A stretch of DNA of 64,000 nucleotides from the NCBI GenBank assembly GCA_963765895.1, contig CAVXZB010000073.1, positions 32,001 through 96,000 of the forward strand, read 5' to 3'. Below, one piece after another: positions 36,542 through 48,115 of this stretch. Both the position numbers and the translations under genes were made by a program. The number at the start of each line of letters is the position of its first letter. The first letter of the stretch is position 1. The notes beneath the pieces are model-generated. The model searched no databases. It was not told the DNA's origin and saw nothing but the letters and a program-made list of their open reading frames with translations. The stretch comes from an uncultured Nitrososphaeraceae archaeon (GTDB lineage: Archaea; Thermoproteota; Nitrososphaeria; Nitrososphaerales; Nitrososphaeraceae).

Positions 36542-37153
36542 CTAGGTACGCTTCCAACTGTTGATGAGAATGAATTATATTTTAAGAATATCGGAGTAAA
36601 TGTAAATTTAACTTATAAGCAGTAACTTTAGCAATTACCATCGGGACGCAGAAATTCGACTAGAAAAACTATTACAAGCATAAAATTATACTTTCTGCAA
36701 TTTTAGCAAATGTATATACAACGTAGTATCTACGTATCGTTTCATAATTTTCCAGGATTTTGACATGAAGCCTACTGCTATATAAATATAATAAACTAGG
36801 CCGATGAGTAATACAAAAGCAACTCAAATCTGCCTTCATAATACCTTGACCCCAGAAAAAACATTTTCTAATCATATTATGAAATGCCTGATTGATTTAA
36901 TTTGTAATGAAATTTGAAATAAAATTCTACAGTTGCCAATCAACCACGTCAATTGACATATAAACGATGACTTAGCTTACCTCCGGAGCCGAGTAATGTA
37001 TTCTTATTATATACGAACGCGATTAGATTCAGCTCATATATTCATGATTATAGTAACTTGAGTATTATCTTCTCAAATGTAAACGATAAATTTGACCCTC
37101 GTTCTTAAAACTATCTCATTTTAGTGAATGATCGCGATACTTTCTCAATAATG

Positions 37154-37161
37154 TTTAATAT
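37154..37161 (+). promoter_or_regulatory. Candidate archaeal TATA box for the parB-like gene
   Basis: TTTAATA about 25-30 bp upstream of the TTG start, consistent with a leaderless transcript. Confidence 0.4.
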
Positions 37162-37184
37162 GGTCGAGCTTACCGTATATATAA

Positions 37185-38060
37185 TTGTCAGGATTGTCGT
37201 CAACTTCTAACCTAATATTAGGTATTATTCAGGACCTCGACATCTATGATTTAAAAAGTTCTCCAGGATTCTATCCTTCTATTGCCTCTCGAATAAATGA
37301 ACTTACTCTGTCAATAAAGGAAAAAGGATTGCTACATCCGATCACGGTCAGAGCAAAGGAAGGACATTTTGAAATAGTTGCTGGTAATAGAAGGTATCTT
37401 GCATGCAAAGCTCTTGGCTGGCGAAAGATCTTGTGTCACATCGTAGAACTAGATGACAAGGAAGCCTTTGAGATTTCCCTAGTTGAAAATATACAACGAA
37501 GAACTTTGAATGCCTTGGAAGAAGGAACTGCTTTTAGGACTTATGTTTCCGAGTTTGGTTGGGGTGGAGTATCAGATTTGGCTGCAAAAATTGGAAAGAG
37601 CGTTAGCTATGTCGATAGACGGCTGGGACTTTTGGATCTACCAAAAGAGGTACGCGAAAAGGTTTTAGTTTCATCCATTAATATTGCCGCAGCAGAAGAG
37701 CTGATACCTATACATGATAAGAGTAAGCAATCCAAATTAGCAGAGCTGATCTCGAAGAAGCGTATGTCAACTAAACAAGTACGTCAATTGATTAGCGGCC
37801 TTGATGACTCGATTTATGATTCTCATGGTCTGATTGTTCCCATGGGCTCTTCAAAGGATGATGATATTTCTGAGCTTGACAAAATTGCACAGCGATGTTT
37901 AGATAAATCCATTATTGCATTTAGAATTGCAATGACTAAACTTGCAGATATAATGGAGTCTGTAGAAGATAACTGGGTCATATATGAAATTCTTATGCAG
38001 CACAAGAACGTGCTTCATACACAAATTGATTTGTTAATCAAAGAAAAGAAAAAGCTATAA
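37185..38060 (+). CDS. ParB/RepB/Spo0J family protein
   Basis: GLLHPITVR, EIVAGNRRY, SLVENIQR and HTH VSDLAAKIGKSVSYV. Confidence 0.93.
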   Translation: MSGLSSTSNLILGIIQDLDIYDLKSSPGFYPSIASRINELTLSIKEKGLLHPITVRAKEGHFEIVAGNRRYLACKALGWRKILCHIVELDDKEAFEISLVENIQRRTLNALEEGTAFRTYVSEFGWGGVSDLAAKIGKSVSYVDRRLGLLDLPKEVREKVLVSSINIAAAEELIPIHDKSKQSKLAELISKKRMSTKQVRQLISGLDDSIYDSHGLIVPMGSSKDDDISELDKIAQRCLDKSIIAFRIAMTKLADIMESVEDNWVIYEILMQHKNVLHTQIDLLIKEKKKL

Positions 38061-38541
38061 CAACTATCCCAGTCTTATTGGATTCAGCAGACATACTTAA
38101 TTAGCAGTTAAAAATAATTTAAACGGGCTTTGCAAAATGGCTACTCTAGATTTGAAAATTATACTGCTTAAATGTTAGAAAATGATGCTATTTTCTACGG
38201 ATTTTTTGCGGTACCGCAAAATTTGTCAATCATGTTCATGAAGATCTCTTGTTAAACTAACAAAAACAGACAGACATATAGATAGACAGACAGGCACTAG
38301 CAGATTAAGTTGAATCAGTGTTGCGTCTAAATCTGCACTGTAAATGTCGTTACCTCTGTGAATATCCCATTCAATTTTGATTAAAAAAGTAAATATAGTA
38401 TGAAACAGTCATTTTTGTGATGAATTACTTTTTTTCTCTGATACCTATTCAAAGTAGTATGAGAGCAAGATGCAGTTTTTTCTCTGTCAGTTCAATAGTG
38501 ATATTGAATTTTTTGTCAAGAGGAGTGGTAGATAAAACACT

Positions 38542-40898
38542 ATGGTAGTTCAGGTCAGCTATCCAGGAGTTTATATTGTAGAAAAGCCAAGTGGCGTACA
38601 TACAATAACAGGTGTGTCAACTTCCATTGCTGCATTTTTTGGACAAACACTCGAAGGTCCCGCAAATAAGGCCGTACCGATTATTTTCTCCGCTGGGTTT
38701 TGAGAAGACATTTGGAAAATCACACCCCGATAGTGAATTATCAACCGCAGTACGATTGTTTTTCGAAAACGGAGGTTCTGATTGTTATGTGGTCAGAGTC
38801 GTGAATGGTGGGAAAAAAGCCACTGCTATTTTAATGAATGAAAATGGACATAAAGTCCTAAATTTTGAAGCCAACGAGGTTGGCACATGGGGAAATGAAA
38901 TAGGAATCGAAGTCGACTACAACACTTTACAATCAGAAGAAACGTTTAATCTGCATATTTACAGAATTAACGATGACGGAACTATAAACACAATTGAAGA
39001 ATTCTTAAACTGCTCTCCTGATATTGATAGCCCAAAATTTGTCTGCAAATTAGTGAATCAAAAATCTAATCTCGTTGATTGTAAACCTGAAGTCGACGCT
39101 GGTGCAACTGACAACGATTATAGACAGTCCACAGTCAAGCCAGGATATTCCGTCTCCAGAAAACCTCTAGATATTGGACAGGCAGGGATTGATGAGCTAG
39201 CAAATATAATTTCGTCTGCATCTTCACAGAAATCTTTCAAATTCCAGATAAGTGTAGATGGTAGCCCGTTCTATGAGGTAGACCTGCATGATGCCTTCGC
39301 AGTCGGAGAACCCATCGCAACAGCTATGAATAACATCAAACAGCAAATTAACAAAGCTCTTCCTACTTCACTCGTAAATTGTGTGAATGTAGAACTAATC
39401 AATATACCAGGAAGTTCGTCACCAGGAATAAAACAGCTTCTTAAATTTTCATCCAATACGCCAGATCAGAAGAGTATTGTTATTCAAAGAGCCTTCTCAA
39501 ACGACCTTGCTGGACTAATAATGCTTGGAACCGAGCAGGGAGGAATAGAAAGATCCAGTTATGCACCTCTCCGTCCTGCTTCAAATGGAGTCATTTTCGA
39601 TATCAACTTCATAGATCAGCTAGCTACAAAGTCACAGGATGCTGTTAATGAGATAATGCTTGATGGCAACTCCATAAGTCTAGGAACGAGTCTGCAAACC
39701 GTAACACCACCACTTACTACTGAGTGGTTTTGGTATAAGAGTAATCTGTCTGGTATTGAAGGAACAGATGGCATAAGAGAAAAATTTAGAATTATATCTA
39801 ATTCAATAATTAATGCAAATCTCGGTTTTGATGCCTACCTTGCAGGATCAAGACTTGTAATAAAGAAAAGAGCAGGACCAGCCAATTCTGTATCTATGCT
39901 CAGGACCGTGCCAGCCGCTGAAGATATTGGGCCATTTTTTAAGATAAATCCAAGACTTTACACATTAGATTCTGGTTTAGATGGCTCCCCTCCAGATGTC
40001 TCAACCTATCTTGGTAATGAGATCGATCACACAGGATTTTTCGCACTCGATCTTGTTGATCTGTTTAATCTCATGGTTATTCCAAAGGATAAGAACCTTG
40101 ATGAAGATGATTATAGGAGTCTTTGGGGACCAGCCAGCTCTTATTGTAAAGATCATAGAGCATTTTTAATCGTCGATCCACCAGAAAGCTGGGATAGTCC
40201 TATGAAGGTTTTAGATCCTATGGTGGGTATTAATTCACTCCGTGTAGGTCTAAACAAAGATTATGCCGCTGTTTACTTTCCTAATTTGATTATTAGAGAT
40301 AGAGATGTTCTTAAAACTGTGGGACCGGGAGGAGTTATTGCTGGTCTGTATGCTCGTAATGATTCCTCTGGTGGAGGCGGTGTGTGGACAGCTCCGGCTG
40401 GACTCTCTGCTGATATCCGTGGCGGAATCTCGGATTTGGATTTATCATTGACAGACGCAGAAAACGGACCACTTAACAAGGCGGGTGTAAATTGCCTAAG
40501 AAAATTTCCCTCAGGAATCGTGAGCTGGGGTGCTAGAACTGTAGATGGAGCAGATGATTTTGGGTCAGATTGGAAATACGTTCCTGTTCGTCGTTTGGCA
40601 CTCTTCCTAGAAGAATCTCTTTACAGAGGCACGAAATTTGCAGTATTTATGCCAAATGATGAACCATTATGGGCTCAATTGAGAGGCAGCATCACCACAT
40701 TTATGAGAAGTCTGTTTAGAGTCCAGGCATTTCAAGGCACGACCGAAGAACAAGCCTTCTTTGTAAAGTGTGATAGCGAAACAACTACTGCAGATGATCA
40801 GAATAAAGGAATAGTAAATATTCTAGTAGGTTTTGCAGACTCTCAAACCAGCAGAATTTGTAGTAATAACGATACAGCAAATGGCAGGAGAAGCTTAA
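38542..40898 (+). CDS. Contractile tail sheath protein (about 785 aa after correcting two frameshifts)
   Basis: VSYPGVYIVEKPSGVHTITGVSTSIAAFFG, FFENGG, VWTAPAG, SWGART, WKYVPVRR, PNDEPLW, LKPAEFVVITIQQ; RBS AGGAGTGG upstream. Confidence 0.96.
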
Positions 40899-40916
40899 AC
40901 GGAGGTGATTGATTAA

Positions 40917-41387
40917 TTGAGCGTAAGACCACTCTCTCTTATTGCTACGAATAGATTTCAACTAATAATGAACGGACAGCCAGTAGCGGCATTAAAAAAG
41001 GTGGGAACACTTCAGAGAACTACTACGCCGATCACTTATACAGATGCCACCACAGGTGTCGAGGTAAAGATGCCAGGAAATACTAAAATATCGTCACTTA
41101 CCTTGGAACGCGGTCTGACCCGCGACGAAGGGTTTATTGAGTGGGCAGATCTAGTATTCTCCTCAAAAGATCCATATGAAAAAGAAGGTTTCAAGCGGGA
41201 TTTAATGCTGGAAGTATTGAATAGTCAAGGCCATGTTGAGCATAGGTGGCTTTTAGAGGGCTGCTGGCCTAGTGAAATCAAAGCTAATCCAGATTTGGAC
41301 TCTGAAACAAATGCAATTGCTATTGAATCTCTAACCATCCAGTTCGATGCGATGTACAAGCAAGAAGTGCCGGCGACAAAATCATAG
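40917..41387 (+). CDS. Tail tube protein (T4 gp19-like)
   Basis: KMPGNTK..LTLERGLT...FIEW...RW.LEGCWPS...LDSETNAIAIESLTI; RBS GGAGGTGA. Confidence 0.93.
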   Translation: MSVRPLSLIATNRFQLIMNGQPVAALKKVGTLQRTTTPITYTDATTGVEVKMPGNTKISSLTLERGLTRDEGFIEWADLVFSSKDPYEKEGFKRDLMLEVLNSQGHVEHRWLLEGCWPSEIKANPDLDSETNAIAIESLTIQFDAMYKQEVPATKS

Positions 41388-41419
41388 CAACAATCAACAA
41401 TTTTAGGTCTGCAGACAAT

Positions 41420-42317
41420 TTGTCTACCATCTCACAATTAGATTTGCAGCCCTTCCCAAGATTGGGTAAATATCTCAAAACCCAGTTTCAAGTGGAGGAT
41501 GCTATTTTACAGCTAAGACGTTTTGGTTGTGAAGCTCAAGATCTGGAAATTAATTTCGATTCAGAATCGCTACCCGAGATAGTAACGACAATTATACAAA
41601 GCTGTACAATATCAAACCAGAGAAAAGTACCAAATGTCGACTTCTTTTGGAACCTTGCGGTAGGGCAGAGGATCGAGTGTCTGGTAAGAATTGCTACATC
41701 GGATAATCCTCGATGTCTGGTTACAATATTAAGGTGTAAGGAGGAACGATGTAAAGAAAAATTCGAGCTGAGTCTTTCACATGATAATATTTTGGGCAAA
41801 GACCAGACATCCTTCTGCACGGAAGAAGAAACTTGTACTATCAACATAAATGGAAATACCATACAGTTCAGAAGGCCAACAGGCTTAGACCAACAGTCCT
41901 GGTTAAAATTAAGATTGGATAAGAATAATGGTGATAAAGGCTGCCACGAAAGATCAAACTGACACTTTCAATCAGATTTTGATCGACCTTGCGTGTGATG
42001 GTACAAATAACTCTAGTAAGCATATAAAATTGAATTCATATGATACTATTGAAGACATCGAAAAGAATATGTCAAGGATTGATCCTTTAATAATCTATGG
42101 CATCGAACTCATCTGTCCTCTTTGTGGAGTAAAGAATTTTTATGAGGTAAACCTGGAAGAGTTATCGCTTAAGCAATTAGAGAAAATACAAAAAGAGTTG
42201 CTGGAAAGTATTCATAAACTTGCTCTAGCTTATCACTGGACAGAAGCGGAAATTCTTGCACTCCCTATCATAAGAAGGAGATTATATCTTTCGATGTTGG
42301 AGCCAGGAGAATCATAA
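41420..42317 (+). CDS. Tail/baseplate assembly chaperone (T4 hub-chaperone-like with DUF6760-like C-terminus), frameshifted
   Basis: LAVGQR, C..C, FRRPTGLD, CPLCG and IHKLALAYHWTEAEILALPIIRRRLYL. Confidence 0.75.
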
Positions 42318-43253
42318 TGAGTAGATATTTCACTCGTCTGGCTGAGATGTCTGGGCTTAAACCAAATACTCATGGACTTGATACTTTGTCGACAACACTA
42401 TTGAGAGAACGTAATGGTGTACCTATCAAAGAAAAACAAGAAGAAGACAATTTTGCTTCCTCATTTCAGGTTAAAAAGAATTCAGAAATTGATGATGAAA
42501 TTGGCTATGGTATGAGCAAAAGGAAGCAATCTTTGCACAACGAAACTTTTTCCCAAATAAACAAGAAGCATAAAAACATGGCCACAAATTATTCAACTAA
42601 CAGAAGAAATGATACTAGTCCGAATCACTCATTCATTAGAGAAACAGCAGTTGATGGGTTTACTTCAGAGGCCAATTTGTTCTCGGCTATAACGAAAGGA
42701 AAGGATGTACGTAGCAGTAGATCGTCAAGTCGAAATTCAGCTGAAGATCGAAATAGTGTCTTTATGAGAAATAAAGATAAAGACCGATTGCATGGTTCTG
42801 AATTCAAAGTTGATGAAAAACTTTCCGTATTGCCATCATTATTATCTTCCATATCAAATCCAGCTGAAGAAGATTGCCATGTCAGAAGGTCATCCGTCTA
42901 AGGGTTATTTGGACAATCTGCTGGATATCCATTCGATCAGAAGCAACATAATTAAAAATGAGAAGCCATATGATGAGCTATCTCAGCCAACAAATTATGA
43001 GAATAATGATAAATTAAGTGGCTTAGCTTTCTTTGATTCAAGCACAAGGAGGCATAGCATCAACTATGATAAAAATAATAATAATAATGATAATAGTGTA
43101 TCTGTTTCTATTGGAACAATAGTTCTTAACGTTACCAACGCTAATAACGACAGCCCTAGAAATCAAATTTTCATACGTCAACCTGAGAGTAATCATGATG
43201 ATGGGAACTCACGCTTCAGTCGACTCTATAGATATTATGGTGGATTGAGGTGA
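42317..43253 (+). CDS. Low-complexity disordered CIS protein (frameshifted pair)
   Basis: MSRYFTRLA N-terminus, S/N-rich body and VSVSIGTIVLNV C-terminal strand. Confidence 0.6.
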
Positions 43254-43263
43254 AAATTGCACA

Positions 43264-44505
43264 ATGAGCATATCAGTTTCTGGAAGGGCTATTGGGGCTG
43301 TTTCAGAACTTATAAAAACATACTTGATCAATTCCTGGCAAACTTTTGTCCTTCCTATTCCCACCATTACAATAGGTAGGCCAGAGAAAAGCACAATCAC
43401 TGCTCATCAAGCACGACTTAACCTCTTCCTTTATGAATTAAAACGTGATCCACTGTTGAGAAATATGTCTTTAGGTACGTCACGCTCTCCACCTTTATGG
43501 CTTATCGCAAAATATCTTCTGACAGCCTTTGATAGTTCGAGTGAAAGTGATAGCATAGATGCATTGCGATATTTAGGAGAAGGACTTAGAATACTGGCCG
43601 CGCTGAATAAGATCCCAATAGAAAACGGATCACTTCCTCTGCCTGAGCTTGACGAGAATCCTGAAGACCTTATACTAACCATAGAAGATGTCGGAGTGGA
43701 GATTATAAGTCGAATAATGCAAGGACCTGATCAGCTATATAGATCGTCTGCAGGATTTGAAGTACGTCCAATAATGCTCTCTCCTTCAGGATTGCCTTCT
43801 TACTCCTTGCTAGTAGGTATAGATTATACACAGGATCCCATTGTTGAGATCGGTGAAAAGGGAGTTCAGATAGATGTTAATGCCCTTCCTCCACGCTCAT
43901 CAATAACTACAATAACATCTAAGTTCGAATTGGATACTACGATTATAATTTATGGCAAGAATTTGGATTCGCCAGGTTTAGCTGTATACTTTGATCCATT
44001 TGAGCTCGTCATTACCTTGCAAACAAAAGATATGATAGAATGTCATATCGCCACGCCCATAATTGATGAAAATTCTATTGCGGCTGGTTCTCGTGTGTTA
44101 TATGTAGTTCAGAACATGGCAAGTATACTGCAGAGAAGAACAAGCAATTTGGTAATTGGCTCCTTAATTCCTAAAGTGGAGTCCGCCACTCCAAACTCTA
44201 TTAGCAAAGTTAGTGATCCATCTACAGGTAATCCCTTAATAGAAGGAAACATTGACATGCTAGGAAATCTTTTAGGAAGAATAGAGGATGACGTAATCGT
44301 TGGGCTATATAAGGATGGAAAAACAACTAATGTCCTCACCGAGATTATAGTAAATCCAACTTCACCTCTTAGCTCGCCACAGCATAGCGTCAGACTTCCA
44401 ATTAGAAGCGCAAACAAGGTAACACCAGATACTTATAGACTAATTTATACAGTAAATGGAGAACAAGCAAAAAGCAGTCCTCTTGTAAGGCTTGACACAC
44501 CATAG
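43264..44505 (+). CDS. DUF4255 / Pvc16-Afp16-like cap (terminator) protein with C-terminal Ig/IPT-like extension
   Basis: AIGAVSELIK, LNLFLYE, RN, PPLWLIAKYLLTAF, LGEGLRIL; followed by a TIIIYGKNL beta-rich extension. Confidence 0.85.
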   Translation: MSISVSGRAIGAVSELIKTYLINSWQTFVLPIPTITIGRPEKSTITAHQARLNLFLYELKRDPLLRNMSLGTSRSPPLWLIAKYLLTAFDSSSESDSIDALRYLGEGLRILAALNKIPIENGSLPLPELDENPEDLILTIEDVGVEIISRIMQGPDQLYRSSAGFEVRPIMLSPSGLPSYSLLVGIDYTQDPIVEIGEKGVQIDVNALPPRSSITTITSKFELDTTIIIYGKNLDSPGLAVYFDPFELVITLQTKDMIECHIATPIIDENSIAAGSRVLYVVQNMASILQRRTSNLVIGSLIPKVESATPNSISKVSDPSTGNPLIEGNIDMLGNLLGRIEDDVIVGLYKDGKTTNVLTEIIVNPTSPLSSPQHSVRLPIRSANKVTPDTYRLIYTVNGEQAKSSPLVRLDTP

Positions 44506-44507
44506 AA

Positions 44508-46750
44508 TTGTCTCATCACAAAGAAATTGGTTCTACAACTTTTTCTCCTTTGCTCAAAATAGACGACAAGTTTCTAACTTTCTGGTTACAAAATGTTACG
44601 ATAAGGCTTAGAAGAGAAATGTGCTGGAAACTACAGGAACGCTCATTGCTTCTTGACCCTGATACTCACAGTTTGCATGGATCTACAGCTTTCCTAGAGA
44701 AAGGAATATCCGATCTAAGTCAAGTTCGATATTGGCAAAATAAACAGAGATTCTTTCAAACTGATGTCACTGCCAAGTACTTATCGGACTTATTAGAACA
44801 AAAACTGCCAGAGGTCGCAGATCATGACAATGAAAATAACCTTCAAGGAAGTATGCATTGGCTTGCTGACCAATTAGATTTAGATGATGCTTCTATTCTT
44901 CTATTGTCCCTAGCCTTAGCATGTCATTTAGATGCTGCTGTGGGAAATGTTGTTTCACTATGTTTATCTGATCCAAGCAAGACAGAAGCAACTCTGGGAC
45001 TAGCACAGAAACTCTGGGATAAGCCAGAAGAAATTCTCTTGTTAAGTGATCCTGGTCACACGTTGTTTAGATTTGGGCTCTTGGAGAATCCGATGATTAA
45101 TAACATAAACAATAGTGGTGGTGTTAGCAATGCCTTTGATATATCCCTAAGAGTTCCACCTCTAGTCGCTAATCATTTAATCTTTTCTAGACACTCACAG
45201 CTTCCTCCAGGTACTAAGGCCAATAACACCAGCGCCCGAAGTAGATCGGATCGGAAGAAACAGATCAGATATGGATTATGTCGCATCTAGAATCAAAAAT
45301 GTATCTCATCAGGGACTGCTGGTGATCCCGATCCTGGGTTTGAGAAGATCGTCGCGCCTGCACGTTGTGGAGGACATGTCGAAGTACACTGGTAGACCAG
45401 TTGTTGAGATTGTGACAACAGCTGCGCAGACACGTTTACTTGAGAACCTTGACTACTTAGGCTCTGTAATGTCTTTATGTTGGCTAAGAGACGAAGATTT
45501 GTATCTAGACCTTGAATTTCTGCCGAGACGAAAGTCTGAAGGTTTGACTGAAGTAGACCAATTCAAGCTCCCTTTTACGTCGCTTCCAATAACTATCTAC
45601 CTTGGCATTTTAGAGACTAGAGATCTGTTAATCATTCCTAGATCTCTACTAGGCCCAACAATGGAGGCTTATAATCTATCATATACTGAGAGGGTTCAGT
45701 TCTGGAGGCAGTGCTTGGGTTCCTATGGGGAAGGCTTTGAAAATTCTATACTGGAATGTTCCCGCAGATTCAGATTTGACGAAGAAGAAATAGCAAATGT
45801 TTGTAAAACCATTAGAGGATTAAGACGGCCCCCAAGTCCTCAAGACTTTATTTCGTCGTGTTGGATGGAAGCAGATCTTGACATGGGAGAGTTAGCACAG
45901 AAGGTTAATCCTAGGTTCAATAGTGAAGAGCTAGTTCTTCCAATCAAAGAAAAATTACAATTTGAGGAGCTGTTAAATGCTATGCGATCTCTCACACGAG
46001 TCCACTATGAATGGGAGACAGGAGCTGCCTGGAGTGAGGCTGGCATATCCGCACTTTTTGCAGGGCCTTCTGGTGTTGGAAAAACCATGGCTGCAGAGAT
46101 CTTATCAAGAGAGTTGGAAATGCCAATGTTCAGAATCGATCTCTCTCAGGTTGTTAACAAATATATCGGAGAAACAGAAAAAAATCTGAAAAAATTATTT
46201 GACAAAGCCGAGTTATATGATGTCTTGCTGTTTTTTGATGAAGCAGATTCTCTTTTTGGCCGCAGAACTGAGGTGAAAGATGCACATGACAGATATGCTA
46301 ATCTAGAAGTCAATTATTTGCTACAGCGAATGGAAAGATACAAGGGTCTAGCCATCCTGGCTACAAACAGATTAAAGGATATAGATGACGCCTTTTTGCG
46401 CAGACTCCGTTACGTGATTGAATTTCCATTTCCCAACAAATCCCAAAGGGCAGCTATTTGGAGACAATGCATCCCGCGATCTGTTGACTCAAGTGAAATC
46501 GATATAGATTTTCTCTCTATGCAGTTTCAGTTAACTGGAGGAAATATTCGCTCTATTGTATTTAACGCATGTTTGCAGTCTGCTGCCTGCCTCATCTCCA
46601 AATATAAAATCATCTAACAATACAAAAAAAATTACGATGGAAAGTATCATAGTGGCAATAAAGAGAGAATATGATAAGCTAAAACAGTCGACAACAATTG
46701 AACAATTTGGACAATACAGAAACATTGTGGAGAACATCAGTCAGCAATAA
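44508..46750 (+). CDS. CIS AAA+ ATPase (Afp15/Pvc15-like), two frameshifts
   Basis: Walker A GPSGVGKT, IDLSQVVNKYIGETEKNL, Walker B FFDEAD, DAHDRYANLEV and DAFLRR. Confidence 0.95.
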
Positions 46751-47053
46751 GTGAGCACAATGGTAGCACTACAAATTAAGATAGATAGAATAGAAATCAA
46801 AATGGCCGGTTTCTCAGAAAATACTGTAAGACAGGTCAGCAGAGCCTTTAGTAGAGAGCTATCCTTTCAGGCTTCAGAGTTATTGAGAAATATCGATTCA
46901 GAAATTGTAGTTAGTATCTCAGACAAATTAGATGCCGGTAATCTGTATGTACGTGAAGAGAACATAAGTCACCCAAATCAATTAGGAAAGATAATTGCCA
47001 ATAAGGTACTAAAATCTTTAGTAGTAGAATCAGAAGTAGAAAAAGAAACATGA
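46751..47053 (+). CDS. Small CIS-associated hypothetical protein
   Basis: IKIDRIEIKMAG...LGKIIANKV; directly abuts the ATPase. Confidence 0.65.
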   Translation: MSTMVALQIKIDRIEIKMAGFSENTVRQVSRAFSRELSFQASELLRNIDSEIVVSISDKLDAGNLYVREENISHPNQLGKIIANKVLKSLVVESEVEKET

Positions 47054-47102
47054 TAAGAAGGTCTATAACACATACTAGTGCTAGATTTAATTGAACTATT
47101 AA

Positions 47103-47763
47103 ATGAAGGGAGCCTTAATTGCATACAGCTTTGATAAGTTAATCCCAATTATTAAAAATGTGGTTTTCTTTCATTTCATGCCCGAAAGCGTCATAAGAGA
47201 AATTGTAATTCCCACCAAGAATTTGAAAACTGAAACAATTCAGGCTGGAACTGAGCCAGTAGAAACAATAAGGTTTACTGCCCATTTTGACGCCAGTGAT
47301 CTGTTAAACAAAGGTGATAATGTGACCCAGCAAGTAGGTATAGGACAGCAATTGGCAGCCCTTGAGAAATTGGTATATCCAATAACCAAGCAGAGCTCGC
47401 TGGTAGGCGCAGCGCTTGATGCAGTTGGAGATTCTGATCCCCAACAAAAAAGATAGCCCAACGTCTCCAATACCTAGGCTCTCATATCCTCCCACATTAC
47501 TTGTTTGGGGATTGACACGATTGCTTCCTGTAGTACTTACTTCCTTAAATATTACTGAACAGAGGTATGACAAATTTCTCAATCCTCTTAGAGCCGACGT
47601 GACAATCTCATTAAATGTGATGCAAGTAAGCGCAAGCATGGATAAGATTGCTAAGGCGGCCCTATCATGGACAAACAATGTTAAAGATTCTTTGGCTATT
47701 ATTAATTTAGCTTCTGATTCTGCTGAATTTTCAAAGGAGGTCTCTGACATTGTTTCATTTTGA
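47103..47763 (+). CDS. CIS tube-initiator-like protein (Afp7/Pvc7-like), frameshifted
   Basis: KGALI, FHFMPESVIR, FDASD.L, LAALEKLVYP, LLVWG.TRLLPVVLTSLNITEQRYD..LNPLRA. Confidence 0.82.
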
Positions 47764-47833
47764 CTATTATATTATGTGCATGAATAATTATAATAGCAAT
47801 GACCGATTTTATATTCAGAGTAATTATTAGAAC

Positions 47834-48115
47834 ATGTTTGCAAAATCATCACGATACAACGGAGTAAAACTTATGCAAACTACTTTTTCTGATGGACGTA
47901 AAGTAAGTGCGATTTTTATACGCAGGATTCATACAATAGAAGGCGAGCTGACTACCATAGACGGTAACGATCGTCTGGATATTATTGCATCAGATAAATA
48001 CAATGATCCTACAAGATTCTGGTACATAGCTGACGCCAACACACAACTTGACTCCATCAAATTGGTAAAGAGTTCACCAAGAGAAGTCATAAAAATTCTA
48101 GTGCCCCCACCATGA
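47834..48115 (+). CDS. LysM-like baseplate glue protein
   Basis: MFAKSSRY...DRLDIIASDKYNDPTRFWYIADAN. Confidence 0.85.
   Translation: MFAKSSRYNGVKLMQTTFSDGRKVSAIFIRRIHTIEGELTTIDGNDRLDIIASDKYNDPTRFWYIADANTQLDSIKLVKSSPREVIKILVPPP

Noticed and set aside
41900-41965. Programmed tail-chaperone (lambda G/GT-like) frameshift
   Set aside because: No clear slippery heptamer was seen, the two halves look like one continuous chaperone, and background indel noise is high.
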